Source of the DNA: Chiloscyllium plagiosum
Taxonomy: Eukaryota
Assembly (NCBI RefSeq): GCF_004010195.1
Contig: NC_057757.1
Coordinates: forward strand, 47,800 to 111,799
Direction of reading: 5' to 3'
Length of the DNA: 64,000 nucleotides
Part shown: in pieces, positions 63,435 through 64,000 of the stretch
How the letters are laid out: every line of letters starts with the position of its first letter
Position numbering within the stretch: the first letter of the stretch is position 1
The notes under the pieces: model-generated
The model's input: only the letters and a program-made list of their open reading frames with translations
Database searches by the model: none
Told to the model about the DNA's origin: nothing
Program-made: the position numbers and the translations under genes

Positions 63435-64000
63435 AGTTCAATTCTGGTCTCCCTGCTATAGAAAAAATGTTGTGAAACTCGAAAGGGTTCAGAAAAGATT
63501 TACAAGGATGTTGCCAGGGTTGGAGGGTTTGAGCTACAGGGAGAGGCTGAACAGGCTTGGGCTGTTTTCCCTGGAGCGTCGGAGGCTGAGGGGTGACCTT
63601 ATAGAGGTTTGCAAAATTATGTGGGGCATGGATAGGGTGAATAGTCAAGGTCTTTTCCCAAGAATAGGGGAGTCCAAAACTAGAAGGCACAGATTTAAGG
63701 TGAGAGCGGAAAATCTTAAGAGGATTTGCGGTCTGACAAAAGGCAGAGAGTTGGGATAAAAAGTTCTTTTTCAGAACGGCAGCCAGAGACAAGTGGTGTC
63801 CCGCAGGGTTCAGTGTTGGGGCCCCAGCTGTTCACTTTATATATTAATGATCTAGCTGAAGGGACTGGGAGCATTCTGGGGAAATTTGCTGATGATACGA
63901 AGTTAGGTGAACAGGCAGGTAGTTTTGAGGAATGGAGAGGCTGCAGAAAGATTTAGACAGTTCAGGAGAATGGTCCAAGAAATGGCTGATGAAATGCAAT
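63435..64000 (+). mobile_element. Two abutting CR1-type LINE fragments (C-terminal piece, then RT core of another copy)
   Basis: LERVQKRFTRMLPGL...; SGVPQGSVLGPQLF, FADDTK. Confidence 0.88.

Overview
Vertebrate genomic DNA, most likely an elasmobranch (shark) judging by the repeat families; this is an inference. The window holds 22 GT-AG exons of an axonemal dynein heavy chain that I recognise as DNAH2, in repeat-dense introns. Nine exons left of a 500-N gap (25801-26300) are on the + strand and encode AAA1 to mid-AAA2 (1356 nt, phase-continuous). Thirteen exons right of the gap are on the - strand and encode the end of AAA3, AAA4, the stalk and the microtubule-binding domain (1942 nt, phase-continuous). 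The two halves therefore converge on the gap, most simply because a contig is mis-oriented. The introns contain many CR1-type LINE fragments (including ORF1 esterase, APE endonuclease and RT remnants), tRNA-derived SINEs, a probable solo LTR and three arrays of a 33-bp minisatellite (the largest about 7.5 kb). There is also a Penelope-like (GIY-YIG) element with an inverted arm. The most interesting non-coding signal is a set of short (~130-200 bp) insertions carrying minimal hammerhead-ribozyme cores, often as fold-back hairpins and several with 14-16 bp target-site duplications. Most long ORFs in the ORF track are artefacts of the minisatellite, microsatellite or N gap.
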